Positions 27,623 through 43,410 of a stretch of DNA of 64,000 bases are shown here, piece after piece. Every line of letters begins with the position of its first letter. Position 1 is the stretch's first letter. Made by a program: the position numbers and the translations under genes. A model generated the notes under the pieces. That model saw only the letters and a list, made by a program, of their open reading frames with translations, did no database searches and was not told where the DNA came from. The stretch is from the human T2T-CHM13v2.0 reference genome, Homo sapiens: the NCBI RefSeq assembly GCF_009914755.1, contig NC_060934.1; one strand, 5' to 3'.

Positions 27623-29469
27623 GGATTATATTCACAAGATAGTAGTTAATACATACCAGTTGGGAATTGTAGGGTTGTGTTTAATGTGTTAAATTACAAA
27701 AATAAAGTATCCCTTTATGTATATTAAAACATATAAGAGCTGCCTTTCAATATCTTGAGTAACTTCTGATGGGAGAAATTCCTTATTATCCTTAAATTGA
27801 GTATGGCTGCTTATTATGTTTCTTTTGATCTTATATGAGGAAGATTTTAGCTTTGTGATATTTTTTAAAATGTAATACAGAGATAATGAGATTATATTTT
27901 TAAAACCCAAATTATAAAAGTTCTATTTAATAAACCAAACTGTCAGAATGGTAGATAAATAGTTGAACATAGAGGTCTTTTAAAGTCTCAGAAATGGACC
28001 ATATAAATGTAAGAAACGCCAGTTGTTTTATAATCATGGCAACTTACTAAATACTGACTGATACTCAAATATAAGATACCTTGAGACCACACACTCCTAG
28101 TCTTGTTATTGAGAGCGCATTTATTTTTGTTTTTTTTCTGACAGTTTCCGATAGTTTAAATAGAGTGAGTAATGGAAAGGATTTATAATGAGATAGACTT
28201 AGTGAAGAAATATGTGGCTTTATATGTACAAAAAAGTAGTAGTTAAATTTAATTAACAGTTTTTAGTTTAAAAGGTCTGAAAATCTTTTTTTCTTTGAAA
28301 ATACTATATTGAATATTGTAGTCATCTTAGTGTATGTAGCAGTTATATTTTCTCTTTTGCTTTACACTGGTAATTAAATAGCCTTTTTTTTAAAATTGCC
28401 AGTTTGCATGGGAAATGAAAAGTAAAGTATATCTTGGGAATACTTAAGTTGTGTATGACATGTTTGGAGTTCCTTGGCAAGAAAGGCAATTTAAGCAAAT
28501 ATTCACGAGTAAATCTTTTTTTTTTTTTTTTTTTTTTTTGGTAGTGTTTGTGTGGCATTTAAAACTTTTCAGATAATGTTTGGTCATTTACCATTTGACG
28601 TTTACCATTATATCTTAGTACTTTTGAGACTTTTAAATCCCCTCTTCCCTATCCTGCCTTTTAACTGTGAGACTTTGGTGAAGAATTTTGCAGTTTATGC
28701 ATATGGTGAGTTGAAGTGTTGTACAAGAGAGCTGTAATCCCAATTATGGTTTATATTGTGGATTGGGTAAACAGGAATTTTCAGTTCTTTGCTCTAAACT
28801 CTTGTTTTCCTAGAATGTAAATTACACGTAAAGTCTTTTGCTTTCCCATAAGAAGTAATGCAGGTTTCCTAAAAAACTCCCATTTGCTGCTATATAAAAT
28901 AAATCAGTCCCATGTCTCTCCATGTCTTTCCAAAATATTTTATTTTGCTTCCTTACCAAGGAGGGAAAAAGTTGAATGAATGAATTTGAAGATGCTATGA
29001 GTTGTGGACTCTTGACATAATTCTAGTTAAATGGACAAGTGTAGAACATTTTATTTTTGTGGACAGCCGTTAGCCTCTATCCCCTACCTCAGGTTCACTT
29101 GTGCTGCTTAAAGGTGTGCTTTTCCATTTCTCTGTAAACAATAACATTCTTTTGAGCATGTTAATTGTGGGTGTTTTGTCATTCTTTGGACCAATCTTTT
29201 GGTCTTCTAACTTTGAAAGCTCCTTTTTAAACTCTTAAACTGCAAAAATATATAGGTTTACATGATTTAGGTGGGAGAGCTCTTTCTTTTTATTTAAAAG
29301 AATAAGAAGCCTTTACATCTTAATAAATAATGGGAAATACAATTGAAATCTTGTCATTTTTAGGTATTCATGTCAAAATTTGAGTGACCTGGAGTTAATT
29401 TTAAGTAGGATATAGGGGAACTCCATGCATGAGATGAAACCTTGTTTATTGTTCATTTATCATGTTATT

Positions 29470-30400
29470 AAACCAGTATTTATTGAGCATTTATTTTGTG
29501 CTCAATAAAAGGTTCATAATATTATGTTTAGAGTTATTTATAGAGTAAAAATTGCTGTCTAGAATGGCAGATAAAGCCAAATTAGCAAGTATTTATTGTT
29601 CTTTCAATAAATATAAGTGTTATATGTGCTAAGTATTGTCCTAAGTACTAGAATACAACTGTGAAAAAGGCAGAAGGGTTCCTGTTTTCCCATTACCTTT
29701 AAATGAGAGAGTCAGACAACTAACCCGCCAAGTCTAATAATAGCATGATAAGTGTTCTGTTAGGGGAAGTTTTAAGTGGGAACACAGAGGAGGTGGTATG
29801 CAGAAAGGCTTTTGAATAATTAGGAAAAGCCTTCCCAGATCTCTAAGCTGAGGTCTGAAGAGTAAGTAGGAGTTAGCTCAGTGAAGAATTGTAAATCTGT
29901 GTTTCTGGCAGAAGAATATAGCTTGTGCAAAGTCCTTGAGACAGGAGATAGAAGACGCTGCCATGGGATGTGAAAGAAGTTCATGTGACCATAGTGCAAG
30001 ATGGGAAGTATTAGAGTTGTGGCAAAAGTATGCAGGGGCTAGATCTTCAAGACATGTGAATTATTATTAAGAAATTTGGGTTTAATCCTGAGGACTCCCC
30101 TCAGTTCTTTTAATTGGACATTAACCTGATTAGATTTGAATGTTTGAAAGATCACTCTAATTACAACATAGTGATTAGGTTAAGAACAGGATGGGAAAGT
30201 GGATATGGTGAGACCAGTTAGAAGGCTATTAGAAGAGAGAATTTGGTATACCTTATAGCAGGGTAATGGCAGTGAGAATGAAGAGAAGCCAATGGCATTG
30301 AGAAATTTGGGGAGAAAAATTGATAAGATTTGGTGATTGTCAGAATGTAAACATTGAAGGGGAGAGAGAAGTCAGGATGACACCACCTGGATTCCTAGCC
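29470..30400 (-). mobile_element. L2 fragment(s)
   Basis: TATTTATTGAGCA, GAAAGATCACTCT, GAGACCAGTTAGAAGGCTATT. Confidence 0.6.
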
Positions 30401-31438
30401 CCCTTTCACCTTTTTTGGTTGATTCCTGCTTAGATGTTATCTCTTTTAAGAAGCCTTTCCTGATTCCCCTAACCTCCAAGGCTAATTCAGGTGCCTTCCC
30501 TTTGTGCTTCAACAGCACTTACTCGACTTTTTTCTTGCTTTACTCACTTGTGTATAAGCTTTCAGGCAAGGATTGTGCTTTATTGTTATTGCATGGTTTG
30601 CACCTTGCAAAGTGCAAGGTATACTAAGTGCATTACACTTAGTATAAATGTTGACCAAATGAAAATATACTTTTTATATTTATAAAAATTTAAATGTAAT
30701 TGGAGAAAATTGGTTTTCTGAACTGCTAATATTCAAAACTTGTTTTACAACTTTAGAGTGAGTCATATCATTCCATGTACTTCTGAATGCCACTTGTAAA
30801 AACAGTTTATATTGTAATTCTGGCTGGAAGTAGTAGATATATTAAGTTCTTTATGGGTAATCATAGACTAAATGATCTCTGATTATTATATAGATCTTTT
30901 ATGCATTCAGATTTTCTTTGTAGGTAAAGTTTTAATTGGCTTTATTAGTTTAAAAATTAACATCACTATCAGTGTTACATATATTTTGTTTCAAAATGAG
31001 AGTAGCTTTTTTTCTAATTATGAAAGGAGTGATTACTCATTGTATACATTTAAAAGATATACATACAGAGATAAAAAGTGAAAATCACCTGTAATTGAAG
31101 GATAGCATTGCTAACACTTTATGTTCTTCTAGACTTTGAAAATTTTATATATATTTATGATTATATATGATTAAGTTAAAAGAAAAATTAACAGTAAATA
31201 CTTATGTTTGTACAAGATAAGGTATTAATATCATTTATAGTAAGAATCTTAATAGCCAGTATGTAGCCAAATAAACCAATAGGACTAGGATACTAAACTT
31301 CAATTATTACAGGAGACCAGGCAGGTAACATAAATGAGTGAACCCAGTAGGGGAAATATATGAGGTGGTTGAATTGTAGAACACTTGGAGAGGGCAGCTC
31401 CTTTTCAATGTCAGTTGATTTTCGTCATTAAGAAGTAT

Positions 31439-31620
31439 GGAGCTGGGCGCAGTGGCATGCACCTGTAGTCCCACTACTCTGGAGGCTGAGGTGGGAGGAT
31501 CTCTTGAGCACAGGAGTTCAAGGCTGCAGTGCACACTGATCACACCTGTGAACAGCCTAGACACTGCACTCCAGCCTAGACAATGTAGTAAGACCCTGTC
31601 TCTAAAAAACAAACAAAAGA
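31439..31620 (+). mobile_element. Free Alu monomer (FAM/FRAM/FLAM-type)
   Basis: Single 7SL-derived monomer with A-rich tail. Confidence 0.75.
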
Positions 31621-33884
31621 AATGTGGATCCAGTCCAGTGATGCCCATATCTTTTGATTTTTTTTTTAACGAAAGTTTGGATTTTTTTGTGAGGCTCCCA
31701 AAGATTAAATTCTGGCAAATTAAAAAAGCCACAGTGTGTGTTAAGCACGATGTAGCTATTAGCTGTATTTTGTTTGAATACCACAAACAGTGGAAGAATG
31801 GAAAGATCTGCACACTCTTACTAATATGTAGATTTAAATAATATATCATTTGCATACGTCAGATTGATGAAAATGATTACTAATTTGCAAGGCTGGAAGA
31901 GTATAAGTTGATGCAGGCTCTTTGGAAGAAGGCAGTTTGGAACTACGTATAAAAATTTAAAATGCATATTAGTTTGGACCTGACAGTTCTACTTTCAGGA
32001 ATCTGCCTTACAGAAATATTAGTCCCTGTGGGTGAAGATTGATGTTCAGTGAAGCATTATGTATCTTGGTGAAAACAAGATTAAAAAATGTAAAGGAAAA
32101 TAGAAACAACCTAAATATCAGTTGATAATAGGAATGATTAAATTATGATATAGCCATATCACAAATCATAGGCAATGAAAAGATGAAATATATCTGTATT
32201 CCTGTGTGGAGAGAGTCTAGAATTTACTATTTGTTAGTTACATACAAAAATTATAATTTATATACATAAAGTTATACTATGCTGTCATTTTTAATATCCG
32301 TACAACATTGCATAGTACCATAATTTAGTCTATTGATGTACATTAGGTTATTTCTAATATTTTGCTATTTATATGCACATTGCAGTGAACACTCCCTTTA
32401 CATATGTCCTTGTAGTGTTGTCTCCTAAGATATATTCCTTTTATATCTTACATGGTGACAACATTAAATATCTGAACTCTGTGACATCTTGGGGACATAC
32501 ATTTACCTCTGATAATTTGCTATTTGTATGACCCTTGAATTGAGTAAATGCACCCTAGGCATGGTAGACCAGAGAACTAACCAGAAAAGTGGCACTGTGT
32601 TTAGTCATCCTAGATTCTTTAAGATTTTTAAAGGTAACTTAAGTAGTAGTTTTTGTCTAGTCCATACATGCATGTGGTGTAAAATTCAAAAGATATAGAA
32701 AGGTAAAGTAAATCTTTCTCCCACTCTGAAACCTCTTCTACCCAGTTTCTGCTCCTGGGAAACTACTATGAGTTTATTCATCCTTCTGCACATATTTTAT
32801 ACATATATGTATACTTTCTGCACATATATGTGCATATATATGTATATATTTTAAGTTTTTTGTAAATGATAGCATACTATGCTGTTCTACAGTTCACTTT
32901 TTCTCACTTAACTATAATAATATCTAACACTTACGTAGTGCTTTGTTCTAGGCCCTGTTCTAACAAGTGTTTTTGTATTGATTACTAATCTTCATCACAA
33001 ACGTGAGAAGTAGGTAAATATTATTCCCTTACCACAGAGGAAGAAACTGAGGCACAGAAACTTTAAATGACATGCTAGTAGGTTGTCAGCTGGAAGGTGA
33101 ACTCCAGCATCCAGCAGTTTGGCTACAGAGTCTTTTATATTAGCCCATTTGCTATACTAACTCAATTGTTGCCTCATTCTTTTTATTAACTACATAATAT
33201 TCCCTTGAAAAAACTTCAGTTTATCTAACTAGGTCCTAGTTGGTGGACATTTAGGTGTTTCCATATACTGCTGTTATAGATGATGCTAGTGTGAATATCC
33301 TGGTGCTTATAAATGCCTGTGTCATTTTGAATATGTAAATCTCTTTCATTTTCATCCATTCAAATTTGGGAGTTAGGGGAGTCTTGTGTTCATATAGTTA
33401 CATTCTATTTTGAGATCTAATATGAGACTTTTTTTTCAATGAATGTATTTAGCTAATTTATATTTATTATATCATTATGGTTATAGCCTCATCTTTTATA
33501 GCTAATGGACTAAGAGATAAGTCAAGGTATGTTAACAATTGAAATATACTTAAAGATGTAAAGCAGTACAGTATAAAGATATTAGCATTCCTCAGTCTAT
33601 TTACTCTCTCACGTTTTGTTGGTTATATAAAAACATTATCAGGAATTGTAACAATTACATTATATTCTATAGCCATAGCCATAGTTTTAGACCAATAGTT
33701 AAGTGGATTCAAATGCTCAAAGTTTGTTATTTTCGATAGTTTTTTAAAAATCTTTTAGATGGCTGAACTTTATCATCAAGTATTTTCTTAAAGTTTATGA
33801 AAACTATTCCTTAGGGTTTTGCATATTTAATGATGTTTTATGCTGGGGGTAAATTCTTGAGTACTCTAGATATTGCTTCACTGA

Positions 33885-34191
<307 letters not shown>

Positions 34192-34367
34192 TGCTTCACT
34201 GATGTTTAAACATTGATTCCCTCCTCCTTCACATGTTAAGATAGTAATGTTTTTTGCGTAGATTCTCAAAGGATTCTCTTTTTAAATCTTTGAGAAACAG
34301 TAATTTTACTATTGCAGTATTTATCTTGATTAGTCTGCATCAGCTTTTCTTAGGAAAGGGCATGTCC

Positions 34368-35192
<825 letters not shown>

Positions 35193-37010
35193 CTAATAGT
35201 TTTAAGATTTGAAGATGCAAGCCATTTCCCTGGCTTGAGCTCTTCTAGCATCCCTCTTTGCCTTCACTGTATTTAGTAGACCTTCTCATATGTTATGGTT
35301 AGGGATATGTCTTAGTTTGTTGAAGAAGTAGTTTGTGTTTCTGTTTCTCACTCTCCTCTCCTAGTTGTTTTCAGATATTTTTAAGAGGAAAAGAGGGGAC
35401 CATACCATCTTTCAAATTAGAAATCCTAAGAGCTACAGGTCAGTCCAGTTTTGTCAGAATTAAGATAACTTTAAGGGATAAAGTATGGGCTGATGTAGTT
35501 TTCCGAAAGCCAAAAATAGTTCATTTACAGAGGCTCTTTTGGATAAATTTTTTTTATTAAACAAAATCACAATTTAACATATGAGTTTGATTATATCAGT
35601 TTGTAGTTATGAAGTCTTGTGCATTAAAAAGCATTAAGAATGAAACTAGTAAGTCTGCAATTAAGAATTAAGCATGAGACTAGAGACTAATGCCTAAAGA
35701 CTAATAACTAAAGTTAGGGTTTAGTTTTAGAGTGCTCATCAGTTCTTCAGTTTTCCTTAGATGGTGATTCTTCTTTCAACTGAATCTGAAAATTAAACTT
35801 TCATGTACAAAGTTCTGCTACTAGAATATTTTTAAGTCCTTTAGCTTAATGAATGTTAGTTCTGGAATAATCTGGTATTCTGAATGGCATCTTGTTTTTC
35901 AAGGGTAGTGTCCATTTATTTTCCTCACTTAATTGGTCCTATATGTTAAAAGAAATATGTTTGAAAAATTTTGATAGCTAGTGGGCAAGCCTTCTTCTGT
36001 TCTCTGATTTGAACATATTCTTATATTCATTTGCCTGAGTTTCATTTTACCTGTGGCACCTGAGAGAAGCTAAGTATTTTTTCCACCCCATTTCTTTTAT
36101 GTGACTGACTGTATATTTCTTAGTCTCAAATATAAAAACACATCTAACAGCTTCACAGAAAATTTTAATGCTTGGTAGATTATTGGAGCTTTCAATTTTT
36201 AGCCTTTGTTACTCTAGTTATTGATCATTTCAGTATTTTTAAAATCTCAATTACATTTTTAATAATTTATAATAATAAAATTTGATCAATGTTTTAATTT
36301 GATAATAGTGCCTATGTTTACTACTAAATAAGTGTACTTTGAGCAGTTGAAACACTGTGAGATATTGATAGATATTTCCCAAAAAGGGTTTTGTGATCCA
36401 AATAAATTTGGGATATCTTCTATGTAATATAATAATGTACTTTGCGAAGAACGTATAGAACACTAATAATTTCTACTTAAAGGAAGAGTATAATTAGATT
36501 GGAAGCACTTCTTATTCCAAACCTATTTGATAGTGGAACTAAATGTTGTAGAAATACATTTTGGGAAATGCTGAGAATATATTATAGAATATTTTCAGAT
36601 CAGTGTGTTGTTAACGGTATTCCGGTACATGTATTTGCATGTCAGTTGCTTTTTAATAGGGATAAATGATAATTGCTGTCCCAGGATGTAAATATAATCA
36701 GAACATTTAACTGTGGTAGTATGTTTTCTATAAATCTGAGAGTTTTTTGACATGGAAATTTTGTTACCATTGATTTTCCAGACTAAAAGTAATTTTTGAG
36801 TGCCTCCTATGTATTAAACATCAAAAATTGATCTTCTTTGGAACTACTTTCTGTTAAGTCTTAGCAGGAGGAATTTTGGAAATCTTGTAGCCCTCCCGAC
36901 TTATTTTTCAGTAAAAACTGAAGCCTAGAAATGTAGCTTTTGCCTAGGTCACATTGGAACCAAACCCTATAACTCCAGATTTTTTTGCTATTTTTTTTAC
37001 TGCCTTAAAA

Positions 37011-37294
37011 ATTTTATTTTATTTATTTATTTTTTTGAGACTCGGTTTCACTGTGTCACCCAGGGTGGAGTGCAGTGGCACCATCATGGCTCACTGTAGC
37101 TCCTATCTCTTGGGTCAAGCCATCCTCTCACCTTAGCCTCCTGAGTAGCTGGGACCATAAGCACGTGCCACCATGCCTGGCTAATTTTTATTTATTTATT
37201 ATAGAAATAGGGTTTCCTTATGTTGCCCAGGCTGGTCTCGAACTTCTGGCCTCAACCAATCCCCCTACCTTGGCTTCCAAAAGTTCTGGGATTA
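37011..37294 (-). mobile_element. AluJ
   Basis: Diverged antisense Alu with (TTTA)n tail. Confidence 0.8.
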
Positions 37295-37381
37295 CTTTTG
37301 AGTACATTGCTTTTGAGATGGAAAGCTAGGTGGTATCTCCACTTAACATGAGAATTGAGGTAAGATATCGAGTCATCCATA

Positions 37382-37451
37382 TGATGTTAGATTGATGTTA
37401 GATTATGACGTATGTCAACTTTGATGTTAGATTATGACGTATGTCAACTTT
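37382..37451. repeat. Perfect 29-bp tandem duplication plus a partial copy
   Basis: TTGATGTTAGATTATGACGTATGTCAACT at 37392-37420 and 37421-37449, preceded by TGATGTTAGAT. Confidence 0.93.
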
Positions 37452-38711
37452 AATATATGTAGAACTCAAGTTTCTAGACATCTAGTTTCCCCCTCAGTTC
37501 TCTGAATTATTTTTCTCCTAGGCAAGAGAAAAAGTAGTTTTAAAATAAGCATGTATCCTTACCAATATTACTACTAAGGAATAATCAGTGCTAGTTTTTA
37601 AGAATTGGTGCACAGGCCAGAGATGGATGAGTCAGATTCTTTTCCCAATTGAGCTACATCATCACTTCCTAATGGTCAATTATGGAAATATTTTCCTACT
37701 ATTAATGGAAAAGTGGACTTAAATGACTATGAAGTTAATCTCTAAGGTGCTGAATTAAAATTTATAGAATATATTCTTTTTAACATACTTTTCAGAAGAT
37801 ACCATTCTGTTGAAAATAATTGGCCTCTTGGTTATATGAATTATGCATTTAGACATAATGTATTATTGGAAGAAATTTCTCTTTTAAATAGCAGAATGAT
37901 AAAAGTTATTAGTGCCATCTGTAGAATCAGGACTGAAATGATAGGAGAAAAATTTTTTTTTGAGATAGACATGTGGATTTTGTGTATTTTGTTGGCCACT
38001 CATTTTACTCAGTTTCCCAAGACTAGAAAGCAATGCTGCCTTTCCTAATCTTGTTTCATCATAGTTTCTTGGGGTTTATGTGTCTAATCTTTACATTAAT
38101 TGTGGTGTATGTTCTTCTATTTCTTCTTCTGTGCCTCTTTCAGAGATGCGTAACTCTCACATACCTTTATATTTCTCTTAGAAAAGAAATGAATCATATT
38201 AGGAAGAAGGCACATCTTTAGGGTTAGGTTCAAAAGTCAGCATATACGTGAAAATAGTGTATATTAAAAATGTCCATTCAAAGTCCTCTAAATGTTCAAA
38301 GTATAATGTGATTTTGCATGTATCATGTATGTAAATTCAATTATTTATAGTTATACAATTTTATATAGAGCTTATATTAACAAATTATTCAGGTGCTTCT
38401 TAGGTATTGCAGCATGTTTATGAACATTTCAATTTACTGATTCTGTTTATTGTCATCTTTATTTACTGTGATGATTTTATCAGTTCCTCTCTTAGTTATT
38501 TAATGGTTTTCTGTTGTCTTTAATTTAGATTTTTTCTTTAACAAATTGAGGAACTGTCACCATCCACTCAACCTGGCCACTTGGATAATTGGTATACGTT
38601 TTTTAGAATGTTTGGATATGTTGAAAAATGATTCACACACTCTTTCTATAGATTGACCACACACATTTGTCTTTCTTGAGGAAAGACAAAATAGTGGTAT
38701 TTGTGGTGGGG

Positions 38712-38885
38712 TTTTTTTTTTTTTTTTTTGTGACAGGGTCTAGCTCTGTTGCCCAGGCTGGAGTGCAGTTAGCACAATCTCTACTCACTGCAACCTCCAT
38801 GTCCTGCGCTCAAGCAGTCCTTCCACCTCGGCCTCCCAAGTAGCTGAGACAACAGGTACATGCCACCATACCCAACTAATTTTTA
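38712..38885 (-). mobile_element. Alu fragment (right monomer)
   Basis: Poly-T followed by the antisense right arm only. Confidence 0.75.
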
Positions 38886-38934
38886 AAATAGTTGGTATTT
38901 ACGTTATTTTTCTCTCCCCATCTCTCACTTTTTT

Positions 38935-39810
<876 letters not shown>

Positions 39811-39814
39811 AAGA

Positions 39815-40380
39815 ATTTTTCATTCTCTGCTAAGACAAAATTCATTCGTTTGTTTTGTACTTTGAAGGGTTCTTTACCCACGTGTGATTTTGATTCATCA
39901 TACATTGGTCTTCTGGAAAATACTGGCTCTTTGAGTTACGCAGATTTTCTAAATGTTGACACATTTTATCATACAGTATTAAATAAAGACATTTGTTAAT
40001 AATTCCACTGATTTCGTCAGGAAGGTCTTTAAATATTGGGTTGCTTTAAAGTTCATGGTGGTGAATGCATGCTTTCTAAAGTTCTAATTTTTATTTAGGG
40101 TCTAACTTTATCACTGGCAACAAATATTCTGTTATTTTGTTTTTGTTTTTGTTTTTGAGACAGGGTCTTGCTCTGTTGCCTAGACTGGAGTGTAGTGGCT
40201 CAGTCGTAGCTCACTACAGCCTCTAACTCCTGAGCTCAAGCAAGTCTCCCGCCTCAGCCCCACAAGGTGCTAGGATTATAGGCATGAGCCACTGTACCCA
40301 GCTCATTTGTTTTTGAATTAACAGGCTCATTTCCTTTATTTTCAAGAAAATGTCTGCCAAATACTAGAGACTGAAGAGCC
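39815..40380. mobile_element. Charlie1-like hAT DNA transposon fragment, split by the FLAM
   Basis: AAATGTTGACACATTT...TTTATCACTGGCAACAAATA resembles recalled Charlie1 internal sequence. Confidence 0.5.
40133..40302 (-). mobile_element. FLAM/Alu monomer
   Basis: Single antisense monomer with (TTTTG)n tail. Confidence 0.75.
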
Positions 40381-40479
40381 GCACGTTCTCCTCAACTGGC
40401 TCAGGTTTTGATAATCCATACCAGGCTACCTCTCTGTAATAACATCCTCTTGGTCTACTCGGACTCTTTCATGTATATT

Positions 40480-43410
40480 TGAATTACTTTCTAGTGTCCT
40501 TCCATTTCAACCCAAAGTACTCACTTTATTTCTAATAGGGCAGGTCTGTTAGCAATGAATTCTTCTGGTAATGCTTTCATTTTACCTTCATTTTTGAAGG
40601 ATAGTTTTTATGGATATAGAATTCTTGTTAGACAGTTTAAAAAAATTCTTTTAGAACTTTGAGTATGTCCTCCCACTGCCTTCTGGCCTCTATATTTTCT
40701 GATGAGAAATTAAATGTTAATACTTAGTATCTCTTGTACATGATGAGTCACATCTCTTGTTGCCTTTGTTTTGAGTTTTTTCATCCTCAGTTTTCTAAGA
40801 TGAAGAATTCTTTCTGTCTGTCAGCAGTTTGATAATCATCTGCCTTCATGTGGATTCTCTTTGAATTTATCTTCCTCGGAGTTTGTTAAGCTTCTTAGAT
40901 GTATAGATTGATGCTTTTCTTCAGAATTGAGATGTTTTCAACCATTATTTCTTTTCCTTCTTTCCTTCTGGGACTCCCATTATGAGTATGTTAGTTCACT
41001 TCATGATATTCCACAGGTCTCTGAGGCTCCGTTTCTTTTTCTTTATTCTTTTTTTTTTTTTCTGTTCCTCATACTGGATAATATAAATTGACCTATCTTC
41101 AACTTTGCTGATTCTTTCTTCTTCCTGCTCATATCTGCTGTTGAACCCTTCTAGTGAGGTTTGCATTTCCATGATTGCACTTTCAACTCCAGGTTATTTG
41201 GTTCTTTTAAAAACAACTTATATCTCTGTATTGATATTCCCTATTTGGTGAGACATTGTCCTTATACCTTCCTTTAGTTCTACAGGCATGTTTTCCTTTA
41301 GTTCATTGAACATTTTAAAAATAGCTAACTTACAGGAGATTTGATATTAAATTTTCATTTACAACTTTTACCTAAGTGAACATGGGCTATCATGACCTTC
41401 TGTGAGCCTGTGTCTTCAACTCCAGGGCGTGATCAATAATAAATGGCTGAGTTGTCCTGCTGGAACACTGAAACCTTGCTAACTCACTAGAGAACAAAAA
41501 GTAGTCTCACCATGTTAAATATTAAGTGAGTAACTTGTGTTTGTCAAATTGAGAACCTATTTTCTTATATCTAAATAAGGAAGTTAATCTTGAGGCAGTA
41601 GGAATGGAATTAAGCATTCTGGTCACGGAAAGTCACATTGGCCTTCTATGGATCAGTTTTAACAGTCTGCATTCTCCTTTTCTTCTTGGCAACCCAGAAT
41701 CTTTCAACCAACTCTTTTAGCACACTTCTTCCACATATTATCATTTCAGATCGTCTTTTGCCCCAACTTTGCCCCAAGTGGCTGTGGATTGGATTTGATC
41801 TCACCAGTCTCCTCTTTCTTGCTCGTCTCAAAGGAAGACCTGCCTATTATCTCCCTGCTTTTTTGTTATTACAGAAAAACTGAGAATGACAAAAACATAC
41901 CTTGGAAAATTTATTATGAAATCTGAAATGTGACATGTTACAAAGTTCATAAGCTCCTTGTTCCATAGTATATTGTTATCTCCATTCTTAGGATATTCTG
42001 TTGTGATACTGTTTTCTGCTTTTTATTTTGAAGTTGGTACTTATCCAGGCCCTCTTACCATTTTACCATTATCCAGTGAAAATTTATGGATTCTACCTTT
42101 ATGTGTGCTCCTTCTGCCCACAGTGGAAAATGAAGATAATCCAGATCACAAATGAAAAGTATGTATCTTTGAGCCAAAAAAAAAAAAAAAAAGCTGACTT
42201 AGAAGTGTTTAATAAGTCCAATATCTGGATTTCCTCAGGGACAGTTTCTGTTATTTGCTTTTCTTCCTGTGTATGGTTCATATTTTCTTGTTTCTTTGCA
42301 TATCTTATAATTTTTTGTTGAAAATTACATTTGGACATTTTAAATAATAAATGATCTTTGAAATAATGTGGACATTCTAAATAATATAAAAATGTCCAAA
42401 TAGTGGAGACTTACAATAAAATAATTTGACAACTATGAAAATCACATTTTGCCCTCTCTTCAGGGTTTGTTGGAGTACTTGTAGTTGTTTCTTCATTTAA
42501 TTTCTTTTGTGAATTAATTCTGCAAACTCTATTTGATGTGTGTGACTACCTCAGTAGATAATTCAGTCTCTAGTTGGTTAGCTTAGTTGTTGCTAATGAC
42601 TGGACAAAGATTTCTTTACATGCCTGGAACCAGTAAATCTCCTAGTCTTTGCCAGAGGATTTTGTGTGTGTGTGTCTTGGGGCATGCCTTCAACACTCAG
42701 CTGGGTAGTTGGCAACTCTGCCTTGTCCTTATGTCCTGCTTGTGCAGAGCTTCAAAGCTTAGGCCCTTTTCAGATCTTCCTTGAGCATGTACACAGCCTT
42801 AGGCATGTGTATGACCTTCTAGATTCCCAGTAATATGTCAGAGCTTTTCAAAGTCTGTTACGGGTATTTCATTCTCAGCTTTTCCTTTTAAGATTTAAGT
42901 CTGTTGCTCCAACTGTTATTCACTGCCTCAAGTAGATATGGTATAAAACACTTTCCTGTAATTTTTTTCAATGAATATCTCCCTGGGGAAAAGGCGTTTT
43001 GCATTGTGCAAGCTCTGAGTCAGGTCACATACGGTCAGCATTGCAAATAGGGTCTTCCTGGAAACAAGACTGCTCAAGCAATAATTTGGGGAGAATGAAG
43101 CTTTGAATGAGCTACAACTCTTGCTGCTTTTTAACGTAGCTTCTAGAGTGCACTGGGAATGTGAGCTGTCGTTTCTTCAAGACTACTGTGGATCTGGAGA
43201 GCAAGGGATGGGACTAGGGCAAGTTAAAATAGAAAGCTCATCATTCTTAATGAGATTGAGCTTTTTAAAAATAAATGCAACTTGGATGCAAGCTTTTTAT
43301 TAATTTTTAGAGTTCTGATAAAGTTGATTCTATTTTCCAGTTTTCTTTGTGCTTTTGTGGAAGAGACAGTTTTTAGAGATGCTTACTCTGCTGTTTTCTG
43401 TGATGTCGCC
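40480..43410 (-). mobile_element. Old antisense L1M (ORF1/5' region), interrupted at 41333-42185
   Basis: T-rich antisense L1 motifs (TTCTGGGACTCCCATTATG, CCACAGGTCTCTGAGGCTC, TTCCTCAGGGACAGTTTCT). Confidence 0.65.
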
